A stretch of 64,000 nt of DNA from Eledone cirrhosa (Eukaryota). Below the pieces are notes generated by a model, which worked only from the letters and a program-made list of their open reading frames with translations, made no database searches and was not told the DNA's origin. Where the stretch lies: the NCBI GenBank assembly GCA_964016885.1, contig OZ024743.1, forward strand, positions 15,314,001 to 15,378,000. Direction: 5' to 3'. Below are positions 13,670 to 26,400 of the stretch, one piece after another (positions within the stretch are counted from its first letter, which is position 1; each line of letters begins with the position of its first letter). The translations under genes and the position numbers were made by a program.

Positions 13670-14253
13670 AATTGAAAACACACAGGCACATATATATATA
13701 TGCATATATATATATATATACATATATATATGTGTGTGTGTATATAGTTAGTTAGTTATTTAATCAGGAATATTGTATTAGAATAATCGTGTTACAAGAC
13801 ACATCATTCCATTTTCTCTTCTTCCAAAACTGTAGGCTCTTTCTTCTCTATTTTTCACTTCATATTCCATCTACTATTTCATCTTTAACAATAACATATA
13901 ATCAAATTAGGCAGAATCGTTATTATGATAAACGCAATAACTATAGATAATGTTATGATAGAAATTAGAATCTGTGTGTTTTTCTGTACGTAATTGTGTG
14001 GGGGAACGATATGAATATACGGTTTGATGTTGCATTCGTATTTAGTAGCTCACGATCACGTACAAAAAATAAGATGAATTCATCTGGATACATACACATA
14101 TGCATACATATTCATCCATATATAGAGAATTACATGCATACACAGACACATCGACACACAGACACACACACACATATATATATATATATGTATATATGTA
14201 TATATATACATATATATACACATATATACATACATATATATATATATATACAT

Positions 14254-14307
<54 letters not shown>

Positions 14308-14309
14308 AT

Positions 14310-14391
<82 letters not shown>

Positions 14392-15261
14392 GTATAAATA
14401 TGTGTGTGTGTGTGTGAGTGTGTGTGTATTCATATAGATATGAATACAAATAACCTCAGGTACCAAAACTACACACAAACTCTTATATTAAAATAATAGT
14501 TTTCATAAAACAACAAGATTATGTGACACTAATTGGCTAACAGAACATTCTCAAACTACGTATTTTGCAACTCACATACCCACTCACGTAGCTGCTTCCA
14601 AACCACGTCTATGTTGGTGTTCTATTTATCTTTCTTGGTAAAGTATTTTAAATCTTAACATTGAAATCAAAGTAAAAGTTAAAACGTTTTGATTCTGATT
14701 CGCGCCATTTCTTATATAATTCTAATACAATTATATATTTACACAGATATTTGTGCGTGTGTGTCTGTGTGTGTGTATCTGTGCATGGGGGTGTATGTGC
14801 ATATGTAAGTGTATATAGGTGAATGTCTGTGTCCATGTTTAAGTTTACATCAATTAAAACTGCGTTTTGTTTCCTACAATAAAACATCTATGCAATAATT
14901 TTTGGACATGTAACACCGGTTCACTCTTCAATAACATCAACTAAACCGGTGAAAGCTATGCCCCAGCATGGTTGCTGTGCAATGAGTCCAACACGCAACA
15001 GAGTTAACATATATATATATATGTTTATATGTGTGTATGTGTGTGTGTATATATGTGTGTATGTGTATAATCACACTCACACACACACATATATATATAT
15101 ACATATTGTCCAAATATAGTACAATTGATTCAATGCATAGTTAAAAGCATTAAATATTCAAAAGCGCAAGGCTGCTTTGAAACTGCCGTGAGGGAATTTT
15201 GACATGTGTATCATTTTCTTCTACTCTGAATTTACTTTGCTAATGTCTTCCATCTTCTGAG

Positions 15262-15448
<187 letters not shown>

Positions 15449-15470
15449 ATCATTATTATTATTATTGTTC

Positions 15471-15917
15471 TTTGAGTCTCAGTTATTGATGTTATTTAAC
15501 TGGAAAGTTTGTTGAAATGAATATCAAGCCGCTAGCTGCAGCCTCAGACATTCAGGACGTATCGGAGGGTTCTTGCTGTTCCCAGCAAGCATGCCTTTTG
15601 AAGTGTTCCAAAATGTTGGGCTGGACTATTCTTCTTTAACCATCCTTGGAAACTCTTTGAGATAGTACCTATTGAGCCTATGACAATCGGGACGACTCTG
15701 ATTTCATGGCAGTTCCAAATCCTTTTTAACACCCACTTTAAGTCCTGGAATCGGTTAATTTTCTCCCTCTCTTTTTCTTGCTCTCTCGTGTCAAATGGGT
15801 AGGCTACATCTACAATCAGGCCTGATGTGTTTTCCTTGTCCCAAACCACCATGTCAGGTCTATTGTGTTCTAACTTCTTTTCCGTCTGTATCCTAAAACC
15901 CATAGCACCTTCACCTG
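15471..15917 (-). mobile_element. R4/Dong-like LINE family A, short 3' fragment (endonuclease end + 3'UTR)
   Basis: ORF 15544-15903 reads HNRPDMVVWDK...IVDVAYPFD...EKINRFQDL. The 3'UTR matches 29420 and 38663. (ATT)n lies on both sides. Confidence 0.9.
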
Positions 15918-15935
15918 ATTATTATTATTATTATT

Positions 15936-17453
15936 GTTTTTATTTTCTTTCATTATTGTTTCTGAGATATATGCCGAGTGTCTTCCTGACACCTAATGCA
16001 AATAAATTCACAGTGTGCATTGGTAAGCCAGTTAATACAGCACATTGATTATGAAACATTGATTAAAAAACAGTATCCATATATACACATGTGCATATGC
16101 ATATTTAAATACAAGGAGGGATATCAATCTTAGTTTCTTTAGTCTTTTCAGCCTGGATATCAAGCATGAGATCAGTATCATATTTTTACTCTTCTTCAAG
16201 ATGGAATGAAGCTTCTTACTTCTCTCATGCTTTTCAACAAGTTTCAGCGTACAGTCGTTAGATGTTTCAAGGTATTTGGCAAGTCCAATGATAGTAGTCT
16301 TGTAAGCAAGTTCAAATTGGATCAGGCCACGGCCTCCTTAAGTTCTAGGAAGGTAAAGACGATCCACATCTGCTTTTGGGTCGTGCATCCTATTACATGT
16401 CAGTAGCTTACGGACTTTGGTGACGATTCTTTGATTTCACTCATATTCCAGTTCAACATACCGAAGCTATAAGTGACAACTGGGACTGCCAAGGAATTTA
16501 TGGTTAGCACCTTGTTACGAGCGTTTAGTTCTGATCTCAGAACTGCACGTACTCTCCTGTAACATTATTTCCTTATCTTCTCTTTCATACTTGCATGCTG
16601 TATGCCAGAGCCCTCATTAATCCCTAAGTATTTATAGGTTTTTTCCTGCTCAAGTTTCTTTATGATTGTTTCAAGTGAGTCTGAGTTGACAAGCGTCCCC
16701 TTCTTGAAAGTGGCTTTTGCACACTTGTCAAGTTTAAACTCCATCCTGATGTCATCGCTAAACGTTTTTACTGTCCGCAAAAGGCCTTCCAGTTCGTCAT
16801 TATCTTTGCAATATAGCTTCAAATCATCCATATAAAATAGGTGGCTTATCTTTTTGTTGTCAATTCTATAACCGTACCCTGTTCTATTAAATACTGATGT
16901 AAGGCGTATTAAAGCTATGCAGAAAAGCAAGGGTGAAAGTGAGTCACCCTGGAATATACCACAGTTGATGTTTATATTCCTAGAGCACAGTATCCCAGTG
17001 GAATGAGACAATTGGAGATTCGTGTTCCATAATGACATATTGTGTTTGATATCACAGGTGAAATGTTGAAGATATCCAGCGATCTCAGAATCCATGAGTG
17101 TGGTATGCTGTCAAAGGTTTTTTATAATCGATCCATGCAGAACTGAGATTTCTGTGTTTATTAATATAGTTCTCAAGGATCATGCGATTAATCAAGAGTT
17201 GATCTTTGCAACCATATGAACCTCGTCGGCACCCTTTTTGTTCAATGGAGAAAAGATTGTTCTCCTCCAAAAACACGTATGCTTTTTCCATGAGAATAAT
17301 GGTTAATAGCTTATAAGTGGTGGACAAGCACGTATGAGCCGATAGTTTTTTGGATCTTTAGTTTCGTTGTCCTTTTGCAGAAGTTAGGTAATTCCACTCG
17401 CTATCCAATCAGGTGTATTTTTGGGATCATTCATAATTCCATTAAACAGCTTG

Positions 17454-17455
<2 letters not shown>
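15936..17455 (-). mobile_element. R4/Dong-like LINE family C, truncated and internally deleted
   Basis: RT motifs [29 protein letters not shown] and [19 protein letters not shown]. The 3'UTR is homologous to 55540-55650. Confidence 0.85.
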
Positions 17456-17493
<38 letters not shown>

Positions 17494-20400
17494 GGCGACC
17501 TACGTAGTAAATGGTATCATCGTGAGATCCGCAAAGGTTTGTTATTTTCAGTTGTTTAAAATTGCCATTTATGGAAAAATTATTATTGTTAACTGCATAT
17601 AAGTGCACAAACATTGTTATCTGAAAAGGACACCCAAAAAGATTGGAGCCTTGAACCCAAAATTTAAACTTATATAATTATCAAACAAAAATTTTTCTTT
17701 GAAAAATCATGGACGACACAGCGTCACTCCTTCCTCACAAACTAACACCTCAGACCGACACCACCATTGTAAATATTACTACGTTTGCCAACACTAAAAA
17801 TATAAGCAGTAGCAATATTTTAAATTTGTCTCAGGCAGACATTCATTTCCCGCCATTACCAATGACTGCAGGTGTTAAAGCCGCCACCACCACCACCACC
17901 GCGACAACCACCACAGCGTCAACAGAAACAAAAGAAAAAAAATTAACTCGTGATATTGAAATGAATTCAACCAAAATGAACTATTCCACACCGAACACCA
18001 CTGACGCCACCACCACCACATCTGAAACTAAAATTAACGATAACAAAAATAACGATAACAACAACAACAACAAAGAAATTAAGAAAACCACTCTGAGTTT
18101 TGCCAGAGTAGCAAAACAGTGCGAAGCATTTCAAGTAAATCAGGAGGAATTAGAAGAAGCCAAAAAAATGGTAAAGAAAGATGGGTACAGGGTCAGCCTC
18201 ACCCTCCCACCTAATAAAATGGAGCATCGGCGCCTATGCACCGTGTCTTATCGAACAATTAACATAAAATCGCGCCGAGTGGAACGGGCATCCGAGTCCC
18301 AAATCCAAAAAGCTTTGGGACATGTGTGGGCAAAAAACCCCCACATCAGACGTAGGGAGAAATACGGAACCGTGGACGTGTTTTTGAAACACCACAGGAG
18401 GCTAGAGAACACTCCATGGCCCCATTAAGAAGTGACGACTTCACACTCGTCCCAAGCTATTGTGTCCAGAGACTCGTAAAGATTAGGGTGACCCACGTTC
18501 CACCGGCCATCGAAATTCCCTGGCTAATAGCTGCCGTCCTCGCCGGCATCGAAGCCAACACCAAGATAATCGAAATAGCGAAAGAAAAGCAGAAGAACTG
18601 GTCCGGATCTGGGATGGAGCTCCTGATCCAAGCGGACCAAAAAAGCATTGAGGAGATCCCAGAGGTAATAGACCTCACTGACGGCAGCCACTTCACCGTA
18701 ATCGTAAGGGCAGAAGGCCTAGGTGTGTCCATTGTGGTGAAGGAAACCACCTAAGGGCTTTCTGCCCTCAGGCTAAAAGATTTGAGGCAACCTCTCTTAC
18801 TCACCCCAGTGACTCAACCATCAACACCAGCAGCAGCAGAGATGGCAGCAACAACTGTAGCAGCAACAACAGAAGCAACTGTAAGAGCAACAATCCCATC
18901 AACAGTACCATAAACCAACACCACCACCACCCAACGCTTCAGAACTAGCACCAGCGCCTACACCATCCACCACGCCACAACCAAAACCAACGCCTGTGGA
19001 GGATTTCCACTCCCCGGCCTATCAAAACTGGAGACAGATTGTGACAACGAGGGGTGGGAAACGGTATCAGGAAAAAAGAAAAAAAAGAAACCAAAAAAGA
19101 AAAAGTTCTCTTCCTTCCCCCTCCAAAAACAAAATACAGAGGGAAACAAATAAACTATCATACAAAAAATTATGACAGATATGCCACCATCCACACCAGC
19201 ATCACCAACCCCATCACCACAAACACAAACACAAACACCATCACCATCATTAACCCCAAAACCACCATCACCTACACCACAAAAGTCACCAAAAAGCGAA
19301 ACAGAAACAAACCCACAACAAACGCAAACAAATCAAAACAACCAAAACGATACACACTACACAGCATTAAATTTGAACAACGGTGGATTGGCAGTATCGG
19401 TAGAGGATCGGACGCCATGCTTTCCAGCATAGGTACGTCCCTTTACGATCTGAGTTCAAATCCCGCCGAGGTTGACTTTGCCTTTCATCCTTACGGGGTC
19501 GATAAAATAAAGTACCAGTAATGCACTGATAATTGCTGGCCTTGTGTCGAAAGTAGAAACAATTAAATTTGAACAACAACCAATTATTACACTACATCTA
19601 ACACAACACCAGCATCACAGAAAAAGACTACACAACAACCCAAAAGTTCACACCACCTCTACACATACAAATCACTCGCATCACACAGAAAACGTACACG
19701 ACACTGAAACAAAAATTCCCCAAAGACAACGGAGACTTCCGACAAACACTCTCCAGGAGGATTTATAAGGTCATCCTTCCAGAGGAGGCCACAGGTAGTG
19801 AAAATGATGGACAAACCATCCTTCCTCTACGAGTAGTAAAGTAAGTGGTCTTTCCCATCTTTTCCACTCCATTTCAACATGACCTCACTCAAAATAGGCA
19901 GCATAAATGCGCGTGGATTGGGGTCGTCATGGAAACAGGGCCACCTGCTCAACGACATCAGGTCACTAAACATAGATGTAGTGGCCATCAGCGAGACCAG
20001 AATCTCCGAAGCACGGGCCTTCGCACCGATCTTCGGCGGCTACGATGTGTACGCATCTCCCAGCCGTCCGGGATCGGGGGAGGAGTTGCTGTGCTTTTTC
20101 GGAGAGGTTTGGATCTCGCCATACGCGCCATCTTCCTGGACCCAGAGGGTAAGTTGGTGGTGCTGGACGTGACCAGCGGAGACGGGCAAGGTTTCAGGCT
20201 AGTGGCCGTATATGCCCCGACAGGAGCAGGGCGGCCTGATTTCTTCTGGCGTCTGGAGACCTTTCTTGGAACGTCCCGCTCTTTAGTGTTAGTGGGCGAC
20301 TGGAACGGGATCTTAGATGCACGCTGGGACTGTGTGGGATTAGTGGATAGGGGAGGAGGGTGCACGAGTCTCACCAACTTGCTCAGGCGTTTTGAACTGT

Positions 20401-23400
20401 CTGACAAGTACCGATTGGATTTCCTGAATGTGCCAATGTGGACTTGGACAAATCGTATAGGGTCATCCAGATCATATCTAGATAGAGTATTTTGTAGGGA
20501 AATAGATAGGTCTAGCATAGGCTGTCTACAATTCGAGATAGTCAGCTACACGGACCACAAATTCGTGATCTGTGTGCTTGACTTAGATAGGCTTCATAGA
20601 CAAGGACCCGGTTACTGGAAGCTAAACGCGTCCTTACCAGCGCACAAGGCCTACAGAGACCGGATTAGCGAACTAGTTAAGCGGGCTTTGACGGGGGCCA
20701 TCGTCAACAACAAGTGGTGGTTTGCTCTGAAAAGAGCAATTATAATAGAGTCTATTAGGTTTAGTAAGGCTTTAGCAATAGAGAAAAATAGAGCAGAGGG
20801 AGAATGAGTTTGAAAATTAGACGAGGCGCTTAGCAAAGGCATCGCAACCGACGTACTTGCGGCGAAATTGGCCCTTGACCAATTCTTCAATGCAACGCAC
20901 GAAGGCTGCGTTGTCATGCTAGGGTGCGTGCTCTCAGACACGAGGGGACAAAAGCCGTTCAATGTGCCCGTGTGACGGATGCAGGTCGTGGCAACAAAGC
21001 CACGATCCGGTTTTGGTGGACCACGACGGGCGCATGCTACTCGATCCCGGGAAAATGTGTGAAGCTTTCCATCGACACTTCGCCCAGCTGTCCGGGGGCA
21101 GCTGCGGGCCGAATCCGCGGATGGACTTTAGTGTCTACCTCGAGTTACTGTCGCGGCTCTCGGCCACTGAGGTGGAGTGTTGCGAAAAGCCAATAACAGC
21201 CGCTGAAGTACGTGAGGCACTGACTGGCTGCACAAGGGGTAAATCGCCTGGTTTGGATGGTCTTCCCTATGAACTTTACGTGCATATGCAAGACTTGTTC
21301 GGAGGTCTCTTGGCGGACGCCTACTGCAACTGGCAACAGAACGGGAGAATTCCCAGTTCTGTGAGCCGAGGAGCTGTGGGGCTGATGAGAAGGGATCCGA
21401 ACAAGGGGGATAACATAGATAATTTCAGGCCCATAACTCTGCTAAACACAGAGTTCAAGATTCTGGCCATGGTGCTAGGAAAGAGGTTGGCGCTTGTCGT
21501 TGGTGGTCTGGTGGGAGAGGCACAGGCGTGCACCATTCCCGACAGATCCATCCACGACAACCTCCACCTCATGCGATACATCGTAGAGAGGGTAGCTAGG
21601 GAACCTGGCACGGGTTGGTCCTTGATAAATTTAGATCAGTCGAAAGCTTTCAATAGGGTCCACCATCGTTACCCAGCGGCAGTCCTGAGGGCGGCTGGCT
21701 TTGGGCCCGTCTTCAGAGGCTGGATCGCTGCTATGCACAGCGACATTTGCTCTGTGGTGAGAGTGAACGGTCACCTTTCGGAACCGTCTAACATCATGCG
21801 TTCTGTCCGCCAAAGATGTCCCCTCTCGTCCCTCTTGTACGAATTAACTCTCGAGCCATTACTGCACATACTGGAGACGTTGAGGGGGGTCCCGCGCGAA
21901 CTAAGATGCGGAAGATCCGTGTTAGCATAGGCGGACGCTGTCAAACGCCAAACACATCGAGGCGATTGGCACTACACTAAGAGAATACGAAGCCGTGACA
22001 GGAACAATGATCAACCAGGAAAAGTCAGTGAGCCTGGAGAGGCAGGTCCATGCCGTCCAACAGCGTCGTCGGGCGCTGGACGGACGGACTGGGACGAGGT
22101 GACGAGCAGGATGGCTTCTCTCAACCAGAAATGGGCGGAGAGGAAGCTACCCCTGAAAGGTCGAGCGGATGTGTCTAACGCGTACATCGCATCCGTCATC
22201 TACTACCCCCTGACCGTCGTACCTTGTCCTAAGCCCCGCCTGACTGCGCTGGAGTGTTTGCTCTTTCGCTTTGTGTGGAAGAGACGCGCTGCGATTATCA
22301 GGCGGTCAAACTGCTGTCAACACCCGCTACGTGGAGGGCTGGGAATGCCGTGGCTGATGATGCGCAGGCACGCGATCAGGCTACGACATCTCCACCTCTT
22401 CCTCGACGGTGATCAGGTGTGGTCGCCGTTTGCTAGACACGTCTTTGCCCAGCTCGTCTGCTTGACGGAGCTGCAGTCCTGGGTCAAGCGAAGACCGAGA
22501 AGGACGGTTGGAGACTGGAATGTCTTCAGATGCTCACAGTTCTTGACCAATCGGGCAATGTGATCGGTGGAGACTCCACCTTGGTGTTCTATAGAGGAAT
22601 AGTGGAGGGGAAGAACGACGACGTACTTGGAGAAAATCAAGACGTCGACGAAAATCAACTAGCCAATCTCTTCGGAAGGACTTTCGGGCCGGGGCCTATG
22701 GACAACTTCCAGAAATCCCTGGCCTGGCAGTGCTACCGGGGAGCTTTGCCAGTTCGGGATAAACTCTACAGGCATGGAGGTGCCGTCAGCCGGGCATGTC
22801 CGAGATGCGCACAGGGCGATGAAACCGTCCTGCACGCACTCGTCCAGTGTCCGAGCATTGCTGACTTGTGGGTTTATGTCGAAGAATTGCTGTCACGTGT
22901 AGGATGGATCCAGCTATCAGCTGAGTCCATCGTGAGGATTGCCCTGCCCTCTTCCTTTAGCGGGGAAGGGCAGGAAGTTTTTATCTGTCTGGTGGCCATG
23001 GCAAAAGATATAGTATGGTGGACACATTTGAAAGGGCTGAAGACGAGCACTTACCTTTTCGGTGATGCCCTGATTAACTTTTTCAAATTTCATTTGAAAA
23101 GAAAAATCAGGGTAGAGAGGGAAGTGCTCTCTTCCCAGGATTTTGTTGAAAGATGGGTGACAGAAGCAAGTATGGCCCGAATGAATGGGCCTTCTCTGAG
23201 TATGTGTCTGTAAATTAAAGGTGGAAAACTGGGAGAGGGCACTTGCCCTGGTGGTCAAGTTCACTGTAGTCTTTTAATGGGCTTTCTCCACAAATGACCT
23301 CGGAAGTCTACCCCCTTTTGCGGAATTTTTCTTTGTTATTTTATTACATCCTCTGTTTTTTTACACGCAGAAATGCCCATTTGTACCGTCCTGTATTGTT

Positions 23401-23455
23401 CTGTACTGTCCTTAATGTCTACTTTATGTAAACCCTTGTGGTTAATAAAGAAAAC
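17494..23455 (+). mobile_element. Tx1/L1-clade LINE copy 1 (full-length, disrupted; SINE inserted in ORF1)
   Basis: Starts GGCGACCTACGTAGTAAAT after (ATT)n. ORF1 from 17709; ORF2 from 19879 to 23213 with stops, frameshifts and deletions. Ends AATAAAGAAAAC followed by (ATT)n. Confidence 0.93.
19382..19561 (+). mobile_element. tRNA-derived SINE with 16-bp target-site duplication
   Basis: TSD ATTAAATTTGAACAAC at 19366-19381 and 19562-19577. The empty site is seen in Tx1 copies 2 and 4. Confidence 0.93.
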
Positions 23456-23473
23456 ATTATTATTATTATTATT

Positions 23474-26400
23474 GGCGACCTACGTAGTAAATCGTATCAT
23501 CGTGAGCTCCGCAAAGGTTTGTTATTTCCGTTTGTTAAAAATTGTCATTTATGGAAAATTTTAGTGTTAACTGTTTATAAGCGCACATACATTGTTTTCC
23601 GAAAAGGACACCCAAAAAGATTGGGGCCTTGTGCCCACAATTTTAATTTTTATTATTATCAAAAAATTTCTTTGAAAAAAAATGGCTAATTCACCTCTGC
23701 ACGAAGCAGCTGAAAGCCTTCCTCACAAATTAACACCTCACACCGACACCACCATTGTAAATGTTACTACGTTTGCCAACACAAAAAAAAATATAAGCAG
23801 TAGCAATATTTTAAATTTGTCTCAGGCAGACATTCATTTCCCGCCATTACCAATGACTGCATGTGTTAAAGCCTCCACCACCACCACCACCACCGCGACA
23901 ACCACCACCCCCACCACCACCGCGACAACAAAAACAAAAGAAGAAAAAAATAAATTAACTCGTGATGTCGAAATGAAATCAAGCAAAATGGACTCTTCCC
24001 CAGCAAAGACGACTGACGTGACCACCACCACAACTGAAACGAAAATTAATATTAACACAAATAACGATAGCAACAACAACAACAATGACATTATAACCCC
24101 CCCCCCTCTCAGTTTCGCCATAGTAGCAAAACAGTTCGAAGCATTTACGGTAACTCAGGAGGATTTAGAAAATGCCAAACAAATGGTAATGAAAGATGGG
24201 TACAGGGTCAGCCTCACCCCCCACCTAATAAAATGGAGCATCGGCGCCTATGCACCGTGTCGTATAGAACAATAAATGTAAAATCGCGCCGAGTAGAACG
24301 GGCATCCGAGTCCCAAATCCCAAAAGCTTTGGCACATGTGTGGGCAAGAAAAACCCACATCAGACCTGGGCAAAAGTATGGAACCGTGGACGTGTTCTTT
24401 GAAACACCAGAGGAGGCTAGAGAACACTCCATGGCCCCATCAAGAAGTGACGACTTCACACTCGTCCCAAGCTATTGTGGCCAGAGACTCGTAAAGATCA
24501 GGGTGACCCACGTTCCACCGGCCATCGAAATTCCCTGGCAAATAGCGGCTGTCCTCGCCGGCATCGAAGCCAACACGAAAATAATAGCAATAGCAAAAGA
24601 AAAGCAGGAGAACTGGTCCGGATCTGGGATGGAGCTCCTGATCCAAGCGGACCAAAAAAGCATTGAGGAGATCCCAGAGGTAATAGACCTCACTGACGGC
24701 AGCCAGCTCACGGTAATTGTCGAGGGCTGAAGACCTAGGTGTGGCGTTTGTGGTGAAGGAACCCACTTAAGGGCTTTCTGCCCTCAGGCTAAAAGGTTGA
24801 GGCCACCTCTCCTACCCACCCCAGTGACACAACCATCAACACCACCAGTAGCAGAGATGGCAGCAACAACTGTAGCAGCAACAACAGAAGCAACTATAAC
24901 AGCAACAACCCCAGCAACAGTAGCAAAGCCAACACCACCACCACCACCAGCAAAACCAACACCACCACCACCCAACGCTTCAGAACTAGCACCAGCGCCT
25001 ACACCATCCACCACGCCACAACCAAAACTAACGCCTGTGGAGGATTTTCCACTCACCGGCCTATCACAACTGGAGACAGATTGTGACGACGAGGGGTGGG
25101 AAACGGTATCAGGAAAAAAGAAAAAAAAGAAACCAAAAAAGAAAAAGTTCTCTTCCTTCCCCCTCCAAAAACAAAATACAGAGGGAAACAAATAAATTAA
25201 GAAACAAAAAAGTTAGGACAGATATGCCACCATCCACACCAGCATCACCAACCCCATCAACCCAAACACCAACACCATCACCATCATTAACTCCAACACC
25301 ACCATCACCTACACCACAAAAGTCACCAAAATGCGAAACAGAAACAAACCCACAACAAACGCAAACAAAACAAAACAACCAAAACGATACACACTACACA
25401 GCATTAAATTTGAACAACAAGCAATTATTACACTACATCCAACACAACACCAGCATCACAGAAAAAGACTACACAACAACCCCAAAATTCACACCACCTC
25501 CACACATACAAATCACTCGCATCACACAGAAAACGTACATGACACTAAAGCAAAAATTCCCCAAAGACATCGGAGACTTCCGACAAGCACTCTCCAGGAG
25601 GATTTATAAGGACATCCTTCCTGAGGAGGCCACAAGCAGTGAAAAGGATGGAAAAACCGTCCTTCCCCTACGAGAAGTAAGGTAAGTGGTCTTTCCCATC
25701 TTTTCCACTCCTTTTCAACATGACCTCACTCAGAATAGGCAGCATAAATGCGCGTGGCTTGGGGTCGTCATGGAAGCAGGGCCACCTGCTCAACGACCTC
25801 AGGTCACTAAACATAGATGTAGTGGCCATCAGCGAGACCAGAATCTCCGAAGCACGGGCCTTCGCGCCGATCTTCGGCGGCTACGATGTGTACGCATCTC
25901 CCAGCCGTCCGGGATCGGGGGAGGAGTTGCTGTGCTTTTTCGGAGAGGTTTGGATCTTGCCATACGGGCCATCTTCCTGGACCCAGAAGGTAAGTTGGTG
26001 GTGCTGGACGTGACCAGCGGAGACGGGCAAGCTTTCAGGTTAGTGGCCGTCTATGCCCCGACAGGAGCAGGGCAGCCTGATTTCTTCCGGCGTCTGGAGA
26101 CCTTTCTTGGAACGTCCCGCTCTTTAGTGTTAGTGGGCGACTGGAACGGGATCTTAGATGCACGCTGGGATTGTGTGGGATTAGTGGATAGGGAAGGAGG
26201 GTGCAAGAGTCTCACCAACCTGCTCAGACGTTTTGAACTGTCTGACAGGTACCGAATGGATTTCCCGAATGTACCAATGTGGACTTGGACAAATCGCATA
26301 GGGTCATCCAGATCATATCTAGATAGAGTATTTTGTAGGGAAATAGATAGGTCTAGCATAGGCTGTCCACAATTTAATATAGTCAGCTACACGGACGTCA

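Noticed and set aside
20802-20816. Selenocysteine recoding of the shared TGA codons in Tx1 ORF2
   Set aside because: They replace Leu and Arg rather than Cys, no SECIS was identified, and both copies have further disabling lesions.
25915-25925. Shared ORF2 frameshift at a G-run in Tx1 copies 1 and 2 as programmed recoding
   Set aside because: Copies 3 and 4 have the extra G and are in frame; a homopolymer indel or sequencing error is simpler.
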